Made by a program: the position numbers and the translations under genes
In this document: one piece after another, positions 27,101-37,900 of the stretch
Numbering within the stretch: the first letter of the stretch is position 1
Layout: every line of letters begins with the position of its first letter
The notes under the pieces: generated by a model
Told to the model about the DNA's origin: nothing
Databases searched by the model: none
What the model saw: the letters and a program-made list of their open reading frames with translations, nothing else
From: Tubiluchus corallicola
Taxonomy: Eukaryota > Animalia > Priapulida
NCBI GenBank assembly: GCA_030141605.1
Contig: JAQGDQ010000295.1
Span: forward strand, 124,001-188,000
DNA length: 64,000 bases
Direction of reading: 5' to 3'

Positions 27101-30100
27101 TTCTGTTGCACCAAAATATTGGAACTCCTTGCGTCAAAATGTCAGAAGTGTTTCTACTGTGCAACTGTTTAAAAACACTTGAAGATACATCTCTTTTAAA
27201 ATTATTATGACCCATTCCTATTTTTTACCATAATTTCTGTTTTGGCATAAATTACCATAATTTGTGCAAAATTTTTAATAATTTTATTAGTGCTGCATTT
27301 CTCAATTCTGCAGTTGTAACCATAATATTTTACTGTACAGTGCCACAGTGCCATTAAAAACGTTTTGCTTGAACGAACACTTTAAAATATTTATTATTAT
27401 TATTATTATTATATTTATTATTATTATTTGTTTAGAAGGTATTTATGTGTATTTGTTTATTCTTGCAAAATTCTGTTGGTACCTTTGTTTTCTTGATATT
27501 TGATGATTGCTGCTGCAATGTAAAACATTGTAAAATGTAAAACAAGATGTAAAACAAGCTGCACTGTTAATGGCATGTTTTACTGAATCTCACATCAGGC
27601 ATTTTTCATGCACTGCGGCACACTGCACCCTGGAAAATGCTTAATGGCAGGGTCTTCAAGAGCTGTTTTAACACTCGAAGAGATGTTTGTGACATGACCA
27701 GAGCCCGATTTCTTATCTCTCTAAGATGTGCCACTGAACCAACAAAGGTGCCTCAGCCACGTTCATATGTATATGAGCCAAGGTTTACAAATGATGCCAC
27801 CTGGAGTGAGTATTGAGACCAGTTGCTCAAAGACCAAAACTCAGCTACAGGTCTTCCCATAAACTGTACAATATCCGACTTTTGTTTGTGCTGGTGGGGA
27901 AATGCCTGATAAAAAAATTCATTCAAATTTTGTACATTTTACAACATTTTAAGTGTTGTGTAAATTCTAGCGCTGGTTCCTGTGAATATTATAAGCTTTC
28001 ATAAATCTTTTAGTTTTGGCAGTGGCGAAACGAGTAGCTATAATTCTGAGTGTAATGATGATGAAGAAATTGCTCTGGCGATACAAGCTGCGGAGATATC
28101 CATGCGCAATGAGATTCGTGCAAAGTACAGAAGCAGCGATGAGTTGATTCACAGGCTGTTTGTATGTATATCAGGTAATATTTATTTGTTTTGTGTATTT
28201 TCGTGCACTTTTACTTTTGCCCCAGACCTCTTATCTGTGGAATTTTTTATTGCTGTTGACTACAAGTTCACTTGCTTCAAGAAGTATGCTGACAAATATC
28301 ACTCCCAAGTTGGCCATAAAAGCATTTTCCCTTTGTGTTTCTGTGTTTATATTTACCTTTTTTACTTTAGATCGTTATTAGGAGTGGCCATTGCCTTTAC
28401 CTTGAATACTTGATTTTCTACATATAATGCAAATTGTAACTTGAAAGAATTTGTTTCATTTAGGTGAACTAATAATCATAATGTGTAAAGTGAAATGTAA
28501 TAGAAAAATAAATCCTTTGTTGATGTCTGCCTTGATGGCAATTTATAAACTTTTGAAGGTCACTACTAAATTGTATGGTTTCTTTTAGGTGTTGCAGACC
28601 AATTGCAAACTAATTACGCAAGTGACTTGAGGAACATTCTTAAGTGCGTGTTTGAACTACATTCTAGTCCAGCAGAGGAACACGGCAGTCCAGAAAAGGC
28701 TCCATCTGTTGCCGAGGAGGCCGTAGAGGACTCGGGAGTCCCCACCCATACAGGAGAAACAGGTACAGGATCTCTTTTTTCTGGTGGGTTTATATAATTT
28801 CAACTTAGCTTATTATTATTTATTATTTATTTGAACATAAAAAGGTACATTAATACACCACAGTCACACAGTATATAGTCATATACACAAATATAATTAG
28901 TTACATATTTACAATATATTACACACAAAATTGTACAACAGAAAAAGCAAAACAATAAGGAGAAGAAATGACAGTTACTAACTTCAAAAATCATACTTAA
29001 AATGTCCTGAAATTATTTGTATGTTAGTAATCCTCCATAATAAACCTTAAAATTTCATTGAATTAATCAAGTTACAAAAAGAGAAATCTCTGGCTTCTAT
29101 TGTATTTATAATATGCGCCCAGAGATACTTTAGAAATTTGATCCTCAATTAGTTTACATTCCTCTTTAAATATGTGTGATTATATGTAAAAATACTAAAC
29201 TTATCAACCTATGATGTATGAACTACTCTGGTTAGCATTTGCTGTCAAGTTGCTAATTTAAACAAGACATTTTGAGACATTTTGACTGCAGGTTATTTTC
29301 AATATTCCTGTATGCCACATCTGAGAGAAACTTTGAACTTTTGATGAAGCTGAAGATCCCCATTATCTAGGTGCTTCAAAGACTGTTAGCTAGCAAAGGG
29401 AGGATTACCCAATTTCCCACACTATTGAAATAGCTTAACCCTGACCCTCATCCTAATCCTAACATTAACCCTAGCCCAACCCTAATTGTAACCCCAATGG
29501 TAATCATTCTTAACATTAGCCCAAACCCTAACCCTAAACCTTATCCTAGCTCCAACCCCAACGCTAACACTGATCCTATTGTAATTGTAATTGCAATATT
29601 TATTTTCACTTCAAACAAAATATTTTTACAAAATTTATCCCAAAAACATTCAATTTCTACACAGTACACATAATAGATAATATTTCGTTTGCCTGCGAGA
29701 ATTAAAGAGGACCTTGTGCATTCTGACAGAGGAGTGGAAAGGGTTAGGCAAACAAAACACCTGAAGTATTAGTGGTTAGAGGGAAGTTGAAGGGGAGAAT
29801 GGGTTGGGTGGGTTAGTAGAATCTTAGCTCCAACCCCAACCCTGACCCTAATCCGCTTCACTAACATATTTTTTGTATGTGGGGAATTGTAAACTTTACC
29901 TTAACAAAATGTATGCAAAAGCAGAATGTCAGATTTCTTTACATTTAGTGCGCGGGCTTATGGCTAAAATTACATGACTTATGAATATTCTTGCAACATT
30001 TTGCTAGTGGAGGAACCCCACTATACGACCGTACATTCATAGCTAGAAATTTGGTGTTGTACAATGGGGTTTCAACAGACTTGAATATATAATTTGCAGC

Positions 30101-32009
30101 TTTATCGACTGAAATTACAACGCCAAATTCGCAGCCGGCATCGACCAATGAGCCCACGCGACCGCAACGTCCGACAAATCTGGCATTGGAAGGTAATTAA
30201 AAGTTAAATGATAAATTTGTTTTGAGATTTTGCTAACGTGAGGTATTTTTTATTATAATTTTTGAACTGAAACAATTAACTATTGTTTTAGATCGCATTT
30301 GTTGTTGAAATTCAGTCTTGATTTGTAAAAAAGAATAGAACGTACGATTTAAGTTCGTTAAACTAAGGCCCGTGTATAATATCAGTTCACGTCTACAATG
30401 ATACGAAGACCGTGTGGCTGTTAATTTTTTCGTAAGTTTTCGACCGTTTTCTCAAGTAATTTTGCGTAAGGTACGTGTACATTTTTGCTAACAGAGCCAC
30501 CGGCATGGGCTCCGGATGACAGCGCCACCTCTTGCAGTTCTTGTAAAGCCGTTTTCACTGTCGTCCGTCGACGTCATCATTGCCGAAACTGTGGAAAGGT
30601 AAGAGGTGTCCAAATTTGCTTAGCCTATACCTGTAATTAGATTTTGTAAGTACACGTAGATGCAGGATACAGACGTATTTACTAGATATGAATATATAGT
30701 TGGCATATAATTAGAGATTGAATCTACAATGGTAGTTATAGATGTGAGTTTGTTATAAATAATACTACTCAGTACTGTGCAATAAGCATAGATATATGTT
30801 TAGAGTTATAAATAATTAGATATAGATACAGAAATTGACGTAGATATAGATACTGATGCTGACATAAATGTAGATGTAGATGTAGATGTAGATGTAGATA
30901 TAGATATGGATATAGATATGGATGTAGATGTAAATGTAGATGTAGATCTAGATTTGTATATAAATATAGATATACATGTACTTCATGAAGTATGTTTGTC
31001 AGCATCGATGTAGATTGCCTTTTAGGGCACGGAGTACGCCACTAGCCGAAATAGGACACTTCTGCTAAAGCGCATGTGCTAAATTTGCTGAAAAGCAGTG
31101 TCGTACATGGGCAGTCGAAGTAGGGTACTGGCGATTTCTGTCGAGAATCGAGAATTATGACGTAATAAAATATAAAACTAAATTTGTTTTAGAAAGAAAA
31201 CTTTATAATAATGATGGATAGTCATTTTTTACAATAATATCATCATTATTAACTCCATTAATATCATCATAACATTAAACTAAGTATCTGAGCAATGCTT
31301 TTAAAGAGAGAAACTATGTAGGGCACATAGCTCGCTAACCTGTTTCACTTCAAAAAAATTAATATTGGCTGTTCTATTAGCTCAGAATAAGATTCTTTTA
31401 TTTTATCAGATGTATAATAAATTTTTCAACATGTATTGACGTTTTCAATTATTATGATACAAGGACAACGGACGCTGCCAGTACAGTTAACAACTCAATT
31501 CGTGACCTGTCCTACTTGAGCAGCCCATATACGATGCATCCTACTTGGGCTAGCCCATGTACGCCAATTGTCCTACTCCACTCCCAACATGCCTGTTAGT
31601 TACAGCCTGTTTGTCTTGTAAGTAAAAATTTGCTTTGATACTTGTTAAATGATAGATGTTGCAATTCTGTCATTTAAATAATAACTTTAATTACATATGC
31701 AGTTTAGCTAAACATGTTCAGCTCGTAACCAATCTATAATGTTAAATAAATTTTTTGTAACTTTTTTCATAATTTGTATTAAGTTTTGCCTACTTTGTGC
31801 ATTGGTACATAATCATCTACATAAACAGCATGCATTGCATTAGTTGATATCAAAGTCTATCACATATTTGTTTGTTTACCTATTTTTAGATATTTTGTGC
31901 ACGGTGTAGCTGTAACTCTGTGCCGTTGCCACGCTATGGACATCTGAAACCAGTCAGAGTTTGCAACCGATGTTACATGTATCACGTGACGCCGTTCACG
32001 GTCGACTAA
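128..32009 (+). CDS. ZFYVE28: Lateral signaling target protein 2 homolog (LST2/ZFYVE28), whole gene span, 14 coding exons, ~1151 aa
   Basis: Spliced translation: [12 protein letters not shown]|[36 protein letters not shown]...GQLWFGAE|[12 protein letters not shown]...[29 protein letters not shown]...WAPDD..C..C...[11 protein letters not shown]|IFCARCS...VRVCNRC. This matches the LST2 N-terminal region, C-terminal block and FYVE finger. All introns are GT-AG with matching phases; exons sum to 3456 nt. Confidence 0.96.
7894..8571. mobile_element. Non-autonomous hAT element
   Basis: Termini CAGGGTCGGCTCT...AGAGCCCCTCCCTG; 8-bp TSD CAAGAGAC/CAAGAGAT (7/8). Confidence 0.8.
10327..10649. repeat. 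Long inverted repeat / fold-back MITE-like element
   Basis: 39-bp perfect IR GGTTTATTTTTCTAAAACACAACTGCAGTAAATTATTGC, extending imperfectly to about 60 bp, with a ~200-bp spacer. Confidence 0.8.
11510..11550 (-). ncRNA. Minimal type-I hammerhead ribozyme-like motif (Penelope-like retroelement remnant)
   Basis: Minus strand AGTCC-CTGATGA-A-ACCCT-TAGC-AGGGT-GAAA-CGT-GTA-AGAC: conserved core, 5-bp stem II, minimal stem III, GUA triplet, stem I with one mismatch. Confidence 0.65.
11580..11900. repeat. ~320-bp imperfect palindrome (MITE-like)
   Basis: Left arm AAAACACAGTTATAC...TTTTCGCAAAAAGTTGAATATTTTCACAGA...AAAACTTTACACTGTGA is mirrored on the right; centre near 11727. Confidence 0.85.
13650..13822 (+). 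mobile_element. 3' part of a non-autonomous DINE-1/Helentron-like element (class uncertain)
   Basis: AAATTTCGTGGAAAT...TATCCTGTTCACAGACAAACAAACAAAC, then degenerate terminal hairpin ACATTCTTTGGTGGAGGT; layout typical of these elements. Confidence 0.5.
14044..14200. mobile_element. Small fold-back element with (AAAAAGTCAC)-like subrepeats
   Basis: GGTAATAAAGTCA..GAAAAAAGTCACA arrays mirrored by TGTGACTTTTTT..TTACC arrays. Confidence 0.6.
14593..14739 (+). CDS. ZFYVE28: LST2 exon 2
   Basis: ttgtag|[49 protein letters not shown]|gtaatt. Confidence 0.95.
15031..15292 (+). repeat. 3 x 81-bp tandem repeat directly behind a hAT/Charlie-type terminus
   Basis: Units start at 15058, 15139 and 15220 (TTACCCCCAGAGTTATCGGATCAGTC...), nearly identical; preceded by CAGCGGTTCTCAACCT at 15031. 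Confidence 0.88.
16791..16922 (+). CDS. ZFYVE28: LST2 exon 3
   Basis: gtttag|[44 protein letters not shown]|gtgaga. Confidence 0.95.
17082..17670 (+). mobile_element. TTAA-flanked Kolobok-like non-autonomous element, family A, copy 1
   Basis: Colinear similarity to 39017-39601 and 50112-50399 (CATACT..TTTTCAAGAATGACTT..GCTAGTTAGA..AAACTTGAAATTTGAATTTT..GAAAAATCAT). Confidence 0.7.
17905..18295 (+). repeat. 3 x ~129-bp diverged tandem repeat
   Basis: TAACCAAAACTAATG...TGCTGCTAGTCTT...TTTCTCTAA recurs at about 17922, 18051 and 18181. Confidence 0.85.
19022..19171 (+). CDS. ZFYVE28: LST2 exon 4
   Basis: tttcag|[50 protein letters not shown]|gtacaa. Confidence 0.95.
19429..19818. mobile_element. 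hAT-like MITE with TTCGAA-rich subterminal repeats
   Basis: TIR TAGGGGTGAGCAT / ATGCTCTCCCCTA (12/13); TTCGA(A) motifs clustered at both ends; degenerate 8-bp TSD (5/8). Confidence 0.72.
20619..20671 (+). CDS. ZFYVE28: LST2 exon 5
   Basis: tttcag|[17 protein letters not shown](S)|gtaaac, ends phase 2. Confidence 0.93.
21815..21904 (+). CDS. ZFYVE28: LST2 exon 6
   Basis: ctgtag|[29 protein letters not shown](R)|gtatgt. Confidence 0.94.
22960..23049 (+). CDS. ZFYVE28: LST2 exon 7
   Basis: tttcag|[29 protein letters not shown](C)|gtgggt. Confidence 0.94.
23401..23888. mobile_element. piggyBac-type MITE with an internal (CA)n/(CG)n microsatellite
   Basis: TTAA|CCCTTTCATTAC...GTAGTGAAAGGG|TTAA (TIR 11/12, TTAA TSD); CA repeat at about 23570-23640. 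Confidence 0.8.
24014..24115 (+). CDS. ZFYVE28: LST2 exon 8
   Basis: tttcag|[33 protein letters not shown](R)|gtacga. Confidence 0.94.
24367..26370 (+). CDS. ZFYVE28: LST2 exon 9 (2004 nt; conserved start, then long acidic/Ser-rich low-complexity region)
   Basis: tttcag|[20 protein letters not shown]... lies within the 674-aa ORF 24350..26374; ends GAC AG|gtagat, phase 2, compatible with exon 10. Confidence 0.9.
26417..26763. mobile_element. Non-autonomous hAT element, family D
   Basis: Perfect 8-bp TSD CAGCCTAG; CAGGG...CCCTG termini; internal homology to 61247-61608. Confidence 0.85.
27040..27428 (+). mobile_element. L2/CR1-group LINE 3' remnant
   Basis: NLLV....[27 protein letters not shown] resembles the ORF2 C-terminal WNSLP motif; followed by 3' UTR-like sequence and a (TTA)n tail. 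Confidence 0.65.
28014..28174 (+). CDS. ZFYVE28: LST2 exon 10
   Basis: ttttag|[53 protein letters not shown](G)|gtaata; an alternative in-frame acceptor lies 9 nt downstream. Confidence 0.9.
28589..28762 (+). CDS. ZFYVE28: LST2 exon 11
   Basis: ttttag|[26 protein letters not shown]...HTGET|gtacag. Confidence 0.9.
29400..29902. repeat. Element with degenerate (CCCTAA)n-like hexamer arrays between imperfect inverted ends
   Basis: TAACCC-like arrays at 29436-29580 and 29825-29855; ends CAATTTCCCACAC / ATGTGGGGAATTG. Confidence 0.55.
30100..30192 (+). CDS. ZFYVE28: LST2 exon 12 (linker; symmetric phase 1-1, 93 nt)
   Basis: ttgcag|(A)[30 protein letters not shown]|gtaatt; open frame, GC-richer island, phases fit; the peptide is not conserved enough to recognise. 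Confidence 0.72.
30495..30598 (+). CDS. ZFYVE28: LST2 exon 13 (FYVE N-half)
   Basis: taacag|(E)[34 protein letters not shown]|gtaaga; WxxD and RRHHCR FYVE motifs. Confidence 0.96.
30815..30975 (+). repeat. (TAGATG/TAGATA)n hexamer microsatellite
   Basis: Directly visible; produces the spurious HLHLHL ORF on the - strand. Confidence 0.9.
31023..31575. mobile_element. MITE-like element with degenerate ~35-bp TIRs
   Basis: Left TAGGGCACGGAGTACGCCACTAGCCGAAATAGGAC vs reverse complement of right end TAGGACAATTGGCGTACATGGGCTAGCCCAAGTAGGAT. Confidence 0.5.
31890..32009 (+). CDS. ZFYVE28: LST2 exon 14 (FYVE C-half, stop)
   Basis: ttttag|[39 protein letters not shown]; RVC motif; TAA at 32007-32009. 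Confidence 0.96.
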   Translation: MFCARCSCNSVPLPRYGHLKPVRVCNRCYMYHVTPFTVD

Positions 32010-33650
32010 ACGTCATCGTGAACACGTAAAATCAAGAATCAAATGTCATTCACCACCTCGCCTTATTGTGATATGAACGCCTTCGTCTCTTAATTATAAT
32101 CAAAGAATATTAACTTTATTCTTCTATATTTCTACGTGGACAGCTCAACAGTGAAAAACAGTTAACACTAACTTAATTGAAAATATGAGAAGGTAAACAA
32201 TTATATACATTGTATGAAAACAATTAGGTTTGTGTAAAAGACTGTATGAATGTGTTATAGCTTGTACAGTGTGTAAAATTGTATCACTTTGGGCTTTGTG
32301 TGTAGTTTCAGGTTTGTGTTAGTTTTTGTTTTTTCTGTGTAATTTCGTTATTAGAGAAGAATTATCGTAGCTATTTGTAAACCGCATAAAAAAGCATTGC
32401 ATCAGTATGTATTTTTAAGCGCGTCAATGGAAATATGTTCGCTTGTTCTGTAAATATTATAACAAGTTGTTGTTTGTTTGCAGTCGTGACTGCCATACCA
32501 GTTAATCATCCGTTTTCACAAAAGACTTCATATCAGGGAGAATCAAAAGATTAAATCATTGAAAATCTATGTTGTTGAATCAATTAAGTTACTGTTAAGT
32601 TTTTGTTTGGACCTTTGCTTTTAAAATTCTGCAATATGGGTTATCTTTTAAATTGTGCCATCAGTGTTTAGAAATAGGTTGTCGCTTACAGCTTTTGTTG
32701 TATAAATTTAATGTTGCCGGTTATTGGTTGTTTGGAGTCAATGTACTAATAATTATAAGAACATAGTATGCTGTTGTAAAGTCAAATTAAAACATTGTGT
32801 ATTCAAACAATATGGCTGCTGTAATAAGCCATAATATAATTTTATAAAGTTAAAATATGCTTTTATTGCTGTTGTAATCAGTTATCACATTATGTGTAAA
32901 TAGTGTAATATAACGATTATATTTAAATTGTTTTAACGTCTGTTATTGTGAAAGATGTTTACGAGACTTTATTCTTCGATTTAGCTAATTATGGTGCTGA
33001 ATGTTTGTTATTGATCTGTAGCTTGGCTGTGTAAAGGTCCACAGTGCTCAAGAATACCGTTAACACTTTAAAAACAATAAAAAATTTTCTTCTAAATTGT
33101 CATCAGTTTGAAGGGCTTCCTTTAAATTTTCCCTCCTTTCATGTGAATGCTTGTTTTTTCTACTGAAGTTGTGTGTGAAATTCTTGACAAAACAGTAGCT
33201 TTTTCAGTTTTCCATAATTATTGATATATTGTGATAGTGAAAGAAGCCGTACCTATTTAACTTACTGTTTAATGTGGAACGTGCCACCAATCTTAGGTAC
33301 AGTTTTTAAAATGCGCATGTTTGGCCATTTTGTTCAAAAATCAGTCATGTTGCACTAAATCAAACCCACTATGAAATTATGCCAATTGTTTCATTGGCAC
33401 CATCAGCAAAATACATTATGCCTGATTTCTATGCTGAATTAGTGATTGATAAATTAACTCTAAGATCTATTTACTACATGCACTTTTGTTATCACATTAA
33501 TTTTATTTGTGTTATATTCCACGTAGCAATGCCATTTTGATGAGTAAGTTTAATCGCTATAGTACCACATTAACATGCTTTGTTTTTTGTAGATTTCTAG
33601 TGGTGTCACACTTTCTCGTGTCACAATGTTTTTGTTTTGAGCACTTTTAA

Positions 33651-33836
33651 AGTGGCATTTATGTCGCAACCGGATGCATATGCATTTCCTCCAGCGGAAA
33701 AGCTGCGGTAAAACTCAATAGGAATAGCGCATACGCAGATTGCATAAACGGGTGCATTGAAAACAATATAAATTGATTTTATCTATTCTGCACCCCCCAA
33801 AACGCATCTGCTTCGGGATGCTACGTAAGCGCCACT
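33651..33836. mobile_element. PIF/Harbinger-type MITE, family B
   Basis: TAA|AGTGGCATTTATGT...ACGTAAGCGCCACT|TAA; reverse-complement homolog at 42903-43105. Confidence 0.78.
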
Positions 33837-33942
33837 TAAGCCTGCATAGTATAAATAATGTTGCCCATTTATTGTTACAAATTGGAATCTGTTGCTTATG
33901 CCTTTGTGTATAGTCTATTGCAACCTGTTATTAAATGTCGAA

Positions 33943-33948
33943 AATAAA
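33943..33948 (+). terminator. Candidate LST2 polyadenylation signal (AATAAA)
   Basis: AATAAA followed by T/GT-rich sequence about 1.9 kb after the stop; another candidate at 33076-33081. The hexamer is common in AT-rich DNA. Confidence 0.4.
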
Positions 33949-34748
33949 TTTTTGTGATTTTATATAAAATTTCTGGTACGGTTTCTGTATTCCATGTGGA
34001 AATTATTGTAATTTATTGTTTTAGTATTATTGTGAGAAACTATTATTATGATGATAGTGATATTAATAGTTCCAAAAATATTCAAGTATTATTAAAGTTT
34101 TGTTTAGCAAATCAACATCTCTCTCTTTACTTATCTAAACACATGCACTATTCCATGACTTTCTTAACCAATGTAATGGTGGCTTTTTGTCTTGACCATC
34201 ATTTAATCTGCTTCGACAGATCTCATGGAATGCCTTCAGACTCTTCACTCTTCTTGTCTGTTAGATTTTTATATTTTTATTTTTTATAATTTTGAATACA
34301 AATTTGGAAGATTCAAGTATTTCATTAAATAGCAGTCACTATCTAAAAATCTATTCACTGATAGCTTGTGAATTTGTCACATGATATGTTTTCCTTTTCC
34401 TTGCCTGAGTCACTTTTACTATGTTTATCAACAGTGACAAAAGTAAGCAAAATGCTAGAAATAGCTGTATAACTTGGTGGAACCATTTTTGTGCATATTT
34501 CACCTAGTTAGCAAGACAGGCAATGAAATTTAATGTGAGTTGCCTCAGTGTTGTCTTACACATGAACAAATTTGAGACATCAGACAATGGAATTTTGTTA
34601 TTTAGTTTTCTGTTAGGAGCTTTTTTGTACTTTATTTAAAGATGGTGCCTTTGCACAAGGTCCTCCACCTTTATTTAACTTGTTTGTTATGATTTGACTA
34701 AAGGTCAATATTCGTGCCTAATGTGTATCATTGTGTGTTCACTCAAAT

Positions 34749-34993
34749 ATGGAGACCGACGTCAGATGGTTTCGCTGCAGAAAGAGTACGCAACGGTTCC
34801 GAAATTTTAAAATACCGTTTAAAGTGCCTGTGATATTATTCGTGTTATTTTCATGCTTCTTAGTGCTGACGAAAGCGCAAAACTGTAATGAGACTTGTAC
34901 TAATGGACAGTGTGAAACTGGTCAATGTATTTGCTTCGATGGTTGGATTGGAGACAACTGTGACACGGCCATCAAATGCAGTGGTAGAGTCAG
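34749..34993 (+). CDS. ATRN: Attractin exon 1 (signal peptide + EGF)
   Basis: METDVRW...VILFVLFSCFLVLTKA-QNCNETCTNGQCETGQCICFDGWIGDNCDTAIKCSGRV(R)|gtagca. Confidence 0.88.
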
Positions 34994-37900
34994 GTAGCAA
35001 TTTTTTTATTAAAGCGCAAAAAACATTCTTATATAAACCTATAAAGCTTGAAAATTTTCTCTTGAAATTTTGCACTGTCTAGATGCTGTTTTATTGTGCA
35101 GAGAGCTTGAATTAGCAGCAACGCTGTATAAAATTTAGAAATTTAAACTCCCTTTCACCGTTAGGCTCGGCCATTTTAACAGTTAGTCATTTGAAACAAG
35201 TCTAAATAGCATTGCATAAGATTTGAAAAAATAATCAGAGCATTCATAGTGCACACTTCTCTAACTAAGCAAACATATAAATTGCTTTATCTTGTCAACA
35301 AGATTAATAATATGTTTTTTGGTGAGCCAGTGGTGCACACTGGGAAGGTGAGCCAGTGATATTGTACCAGATGGATGCGAACATTTTAAATTACTAAGAA
35401 TTTTCTTTTCTAGTTACATAAATCTTTCAAACAGGTTAGCATAATGCTAAGTAATGTAACTTTGTGTGAACAGTTTTTGGGACACCTTAAAATAGCTTTT
35501 TATTTCCCTTTAAACCAGTTTTATTTCATTGTGTGTGTGTGTGTGTGTGTGCGTGCGTGGGTGCGTGCATGTGTGTTTTTCTAGTGTTTTTGTTACTACA
35601 TTGTTACTGTGGGTGTTTTTCTCTATAGCATTTTTGTTACTATATACATATATATATATACACATATCGGCAAACATTTTAGCTTGTCCTCATCAAGTCA
35701 AATACTGCACATGTATTACTACATCTATGAAGAAAACTGCACTATGTATAAATGACTTGTGACAGATTGAAAAGTGCAAGACATCCAAGGTGACAGCAAC
35801 AGCACTTATAAGTTCTTCACTGTCATGACATCATTATCAGCATCAGTTCATTGACTGTTAATCATTCTCACAATCATGATCATATCCATTATTTTCGTTG
35901 TCGTTTTATGTTACATGTTATGCATCAAGTTGAATCATACATGTTTAGACTATAGATACACATTATGTATTAATTTCAATTCAAATAAGTTAATTTACTC
36001 TGAAAGTTTGTGGTCTAAATTGAATGCACTTTTTCAAATTTTAGGATTGATTAGACTTGCTTAATTACTGAGTGCTCTATAATTATTTACATTTGAACAA
36101 GTCCATTTTAAGCTTAGCTACAGTTAGCTGCCATATTTGTTGAGATAAAGTTGCTTTATGGTGCTTGGTAGCGCCATTCGAGGTATCACACAGCGATGTG
36201 TATTTTAAGCTTTTGTCAACATCTGCGTGTCAAAGTCCTGTTGCTAAAGACCTGTATAATCAGCTGGTTATTTACTGTACACTCTGCATGTAGAATTTGG
36301 ATTGGCTAATCTGTTGACGAAAATCCATCGTGGTGAATTAGAATGGTAGATGGATCTTTATTGGTCCTGTCACTAGCTACATTGACGTCATATACATAGT
36401 TGCCAAAACTTATTATTGGGAAATATATAAGTCAGATTTTTGGATTAAGATTGTTGGGCTTTTGGTCTTATAGCATTTGGTAGATGATTCTGTTACTAGA
36501 GGTCCATTCATACTGGTTTTTCTTACATTCTATTTCTGATTTTCTTCTACTTTCTTTTCTTTTCCTCTTTTTCTTTTTTTCTGTTGATCTTTTCTGCGTA
36601 TCTTAACAATTTCTTTCTTCTTTTTTTGTTGTCCCTTTTTCAGTCCCTTGTTAATGTTTCTTCCTATTTCTTTTCTTTTTCTTATTCTACCTGGCTACCA
36701 GCTTGTTTCTTTTGCTTTTGGTTTTTCTTTTTTGCATTTCGTTCTTGTATTTTTTTTGTAATTTTTATTGGTGCTTGCTTTATTGGTGCTTTATTATTGA
36801 TTTTATTGGGCAGAAGTTAACTTACTTTTACATTATTATTTTTATTTATTTATTATAGTTGGCAGAAACTGTGTTTTACATTCAAAAACTTCCATCTGAA
36901 TAATTTCACCACTTATAGCCCTGGAATTCAAACAACTGTTTTTTCATGTTAATTTTCTTTATTAGTTTTGTTTTGTTTTTGTGTCTCTATCACCTTCTCA
37001 ATTTTTATTGTGACTTTTCTTTAATGTTTTATGCCAATTTCTCTTATCCTTTCTTTATTACTTTTCCTTTTGTTTCTTTTTTGCTTTGTACATTAGTTTC
37101 TTTTTCCCTTATTTTATCTGTCTTTTCTTTGTTTCTTTATACTTTCATTCTCCTGTATTGTTAGACTTATTGTTTCTTCTTTTCTTCCTGACTTTTTGTC
37201 TTTTTCACTTTTATTTTTCTTTCTTCTCTGCCTTATTTTCATTTTTCTTTTCTTGGTTTCATTTAAACATTAAACCATTTGTATTCCCATTTTCATTTTT
37301 CTATTGATTGACACTATCCTGAATTTTCAGACTAAAATCACTTGATGGCTACGTCTCTGACGGTTATGGAAACTACGTTGTTAGTTCAAAATGCTTCTGG
37401 CTGCTAGATCCCAAGGCGGAAAACGTGACACTTAGGTTGCGGTTAGGTGAATTTGCAACCGAGTGTTCTTGGGATCACTTGTACATATACGATGGTGATT
37501 CGGTGTACAGTCCTCTAGTTGCCGCCTTTAGGTGAGAATTTTATTGTAACAACTAACAGTGTTAATAATGTTTCAGAATGTCTTTATAAATGATTTGTGC
37601 ACGGTATCTCTAGGTCTCAACCTACTATTGCCTCTTTGTATTGTGAGGTACGTTGCTACTTAAAATGAACTGTAACAACTTCCATAACGTCACTATCAAA
37701 GAAAAATCTTTCAGTTTTATCTTTTATGGAAATATGAGAATTAAGGTTATTATACACACTTTCTGAAAGAAATAATAAGTTATAAGACCTACTATAGTAT
37801 AGTATGCCCATTTCACACTAGCACTGTATCTGGGTAAAGTTTCATTCAAATATTAAAACCTAGTGTTGATGTTTATGTAGAATAAATGTTCCTCATGTTC

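Noticed and set aside
27971-28004. Upstream acceptor (ttctag) for LST2 exon 10
   Set aside because: In-frame TAA before the conserved block.
29436-29580. Interstitial telomere
   Set aside because: Hexamers are highly degenerate and lie between inverted ends, which fits a TE-internal repeat better.
30769-31005. His/Leu/Tyr repeat ORF on the - strand
   Set aside because: Translation of the (TAGATG)n microsatellite.
36584-37307. Phe/Leu-rich 'membrane protein' ORFs
   Set aside because: Artefacts of the T-rich low-complexity tract.
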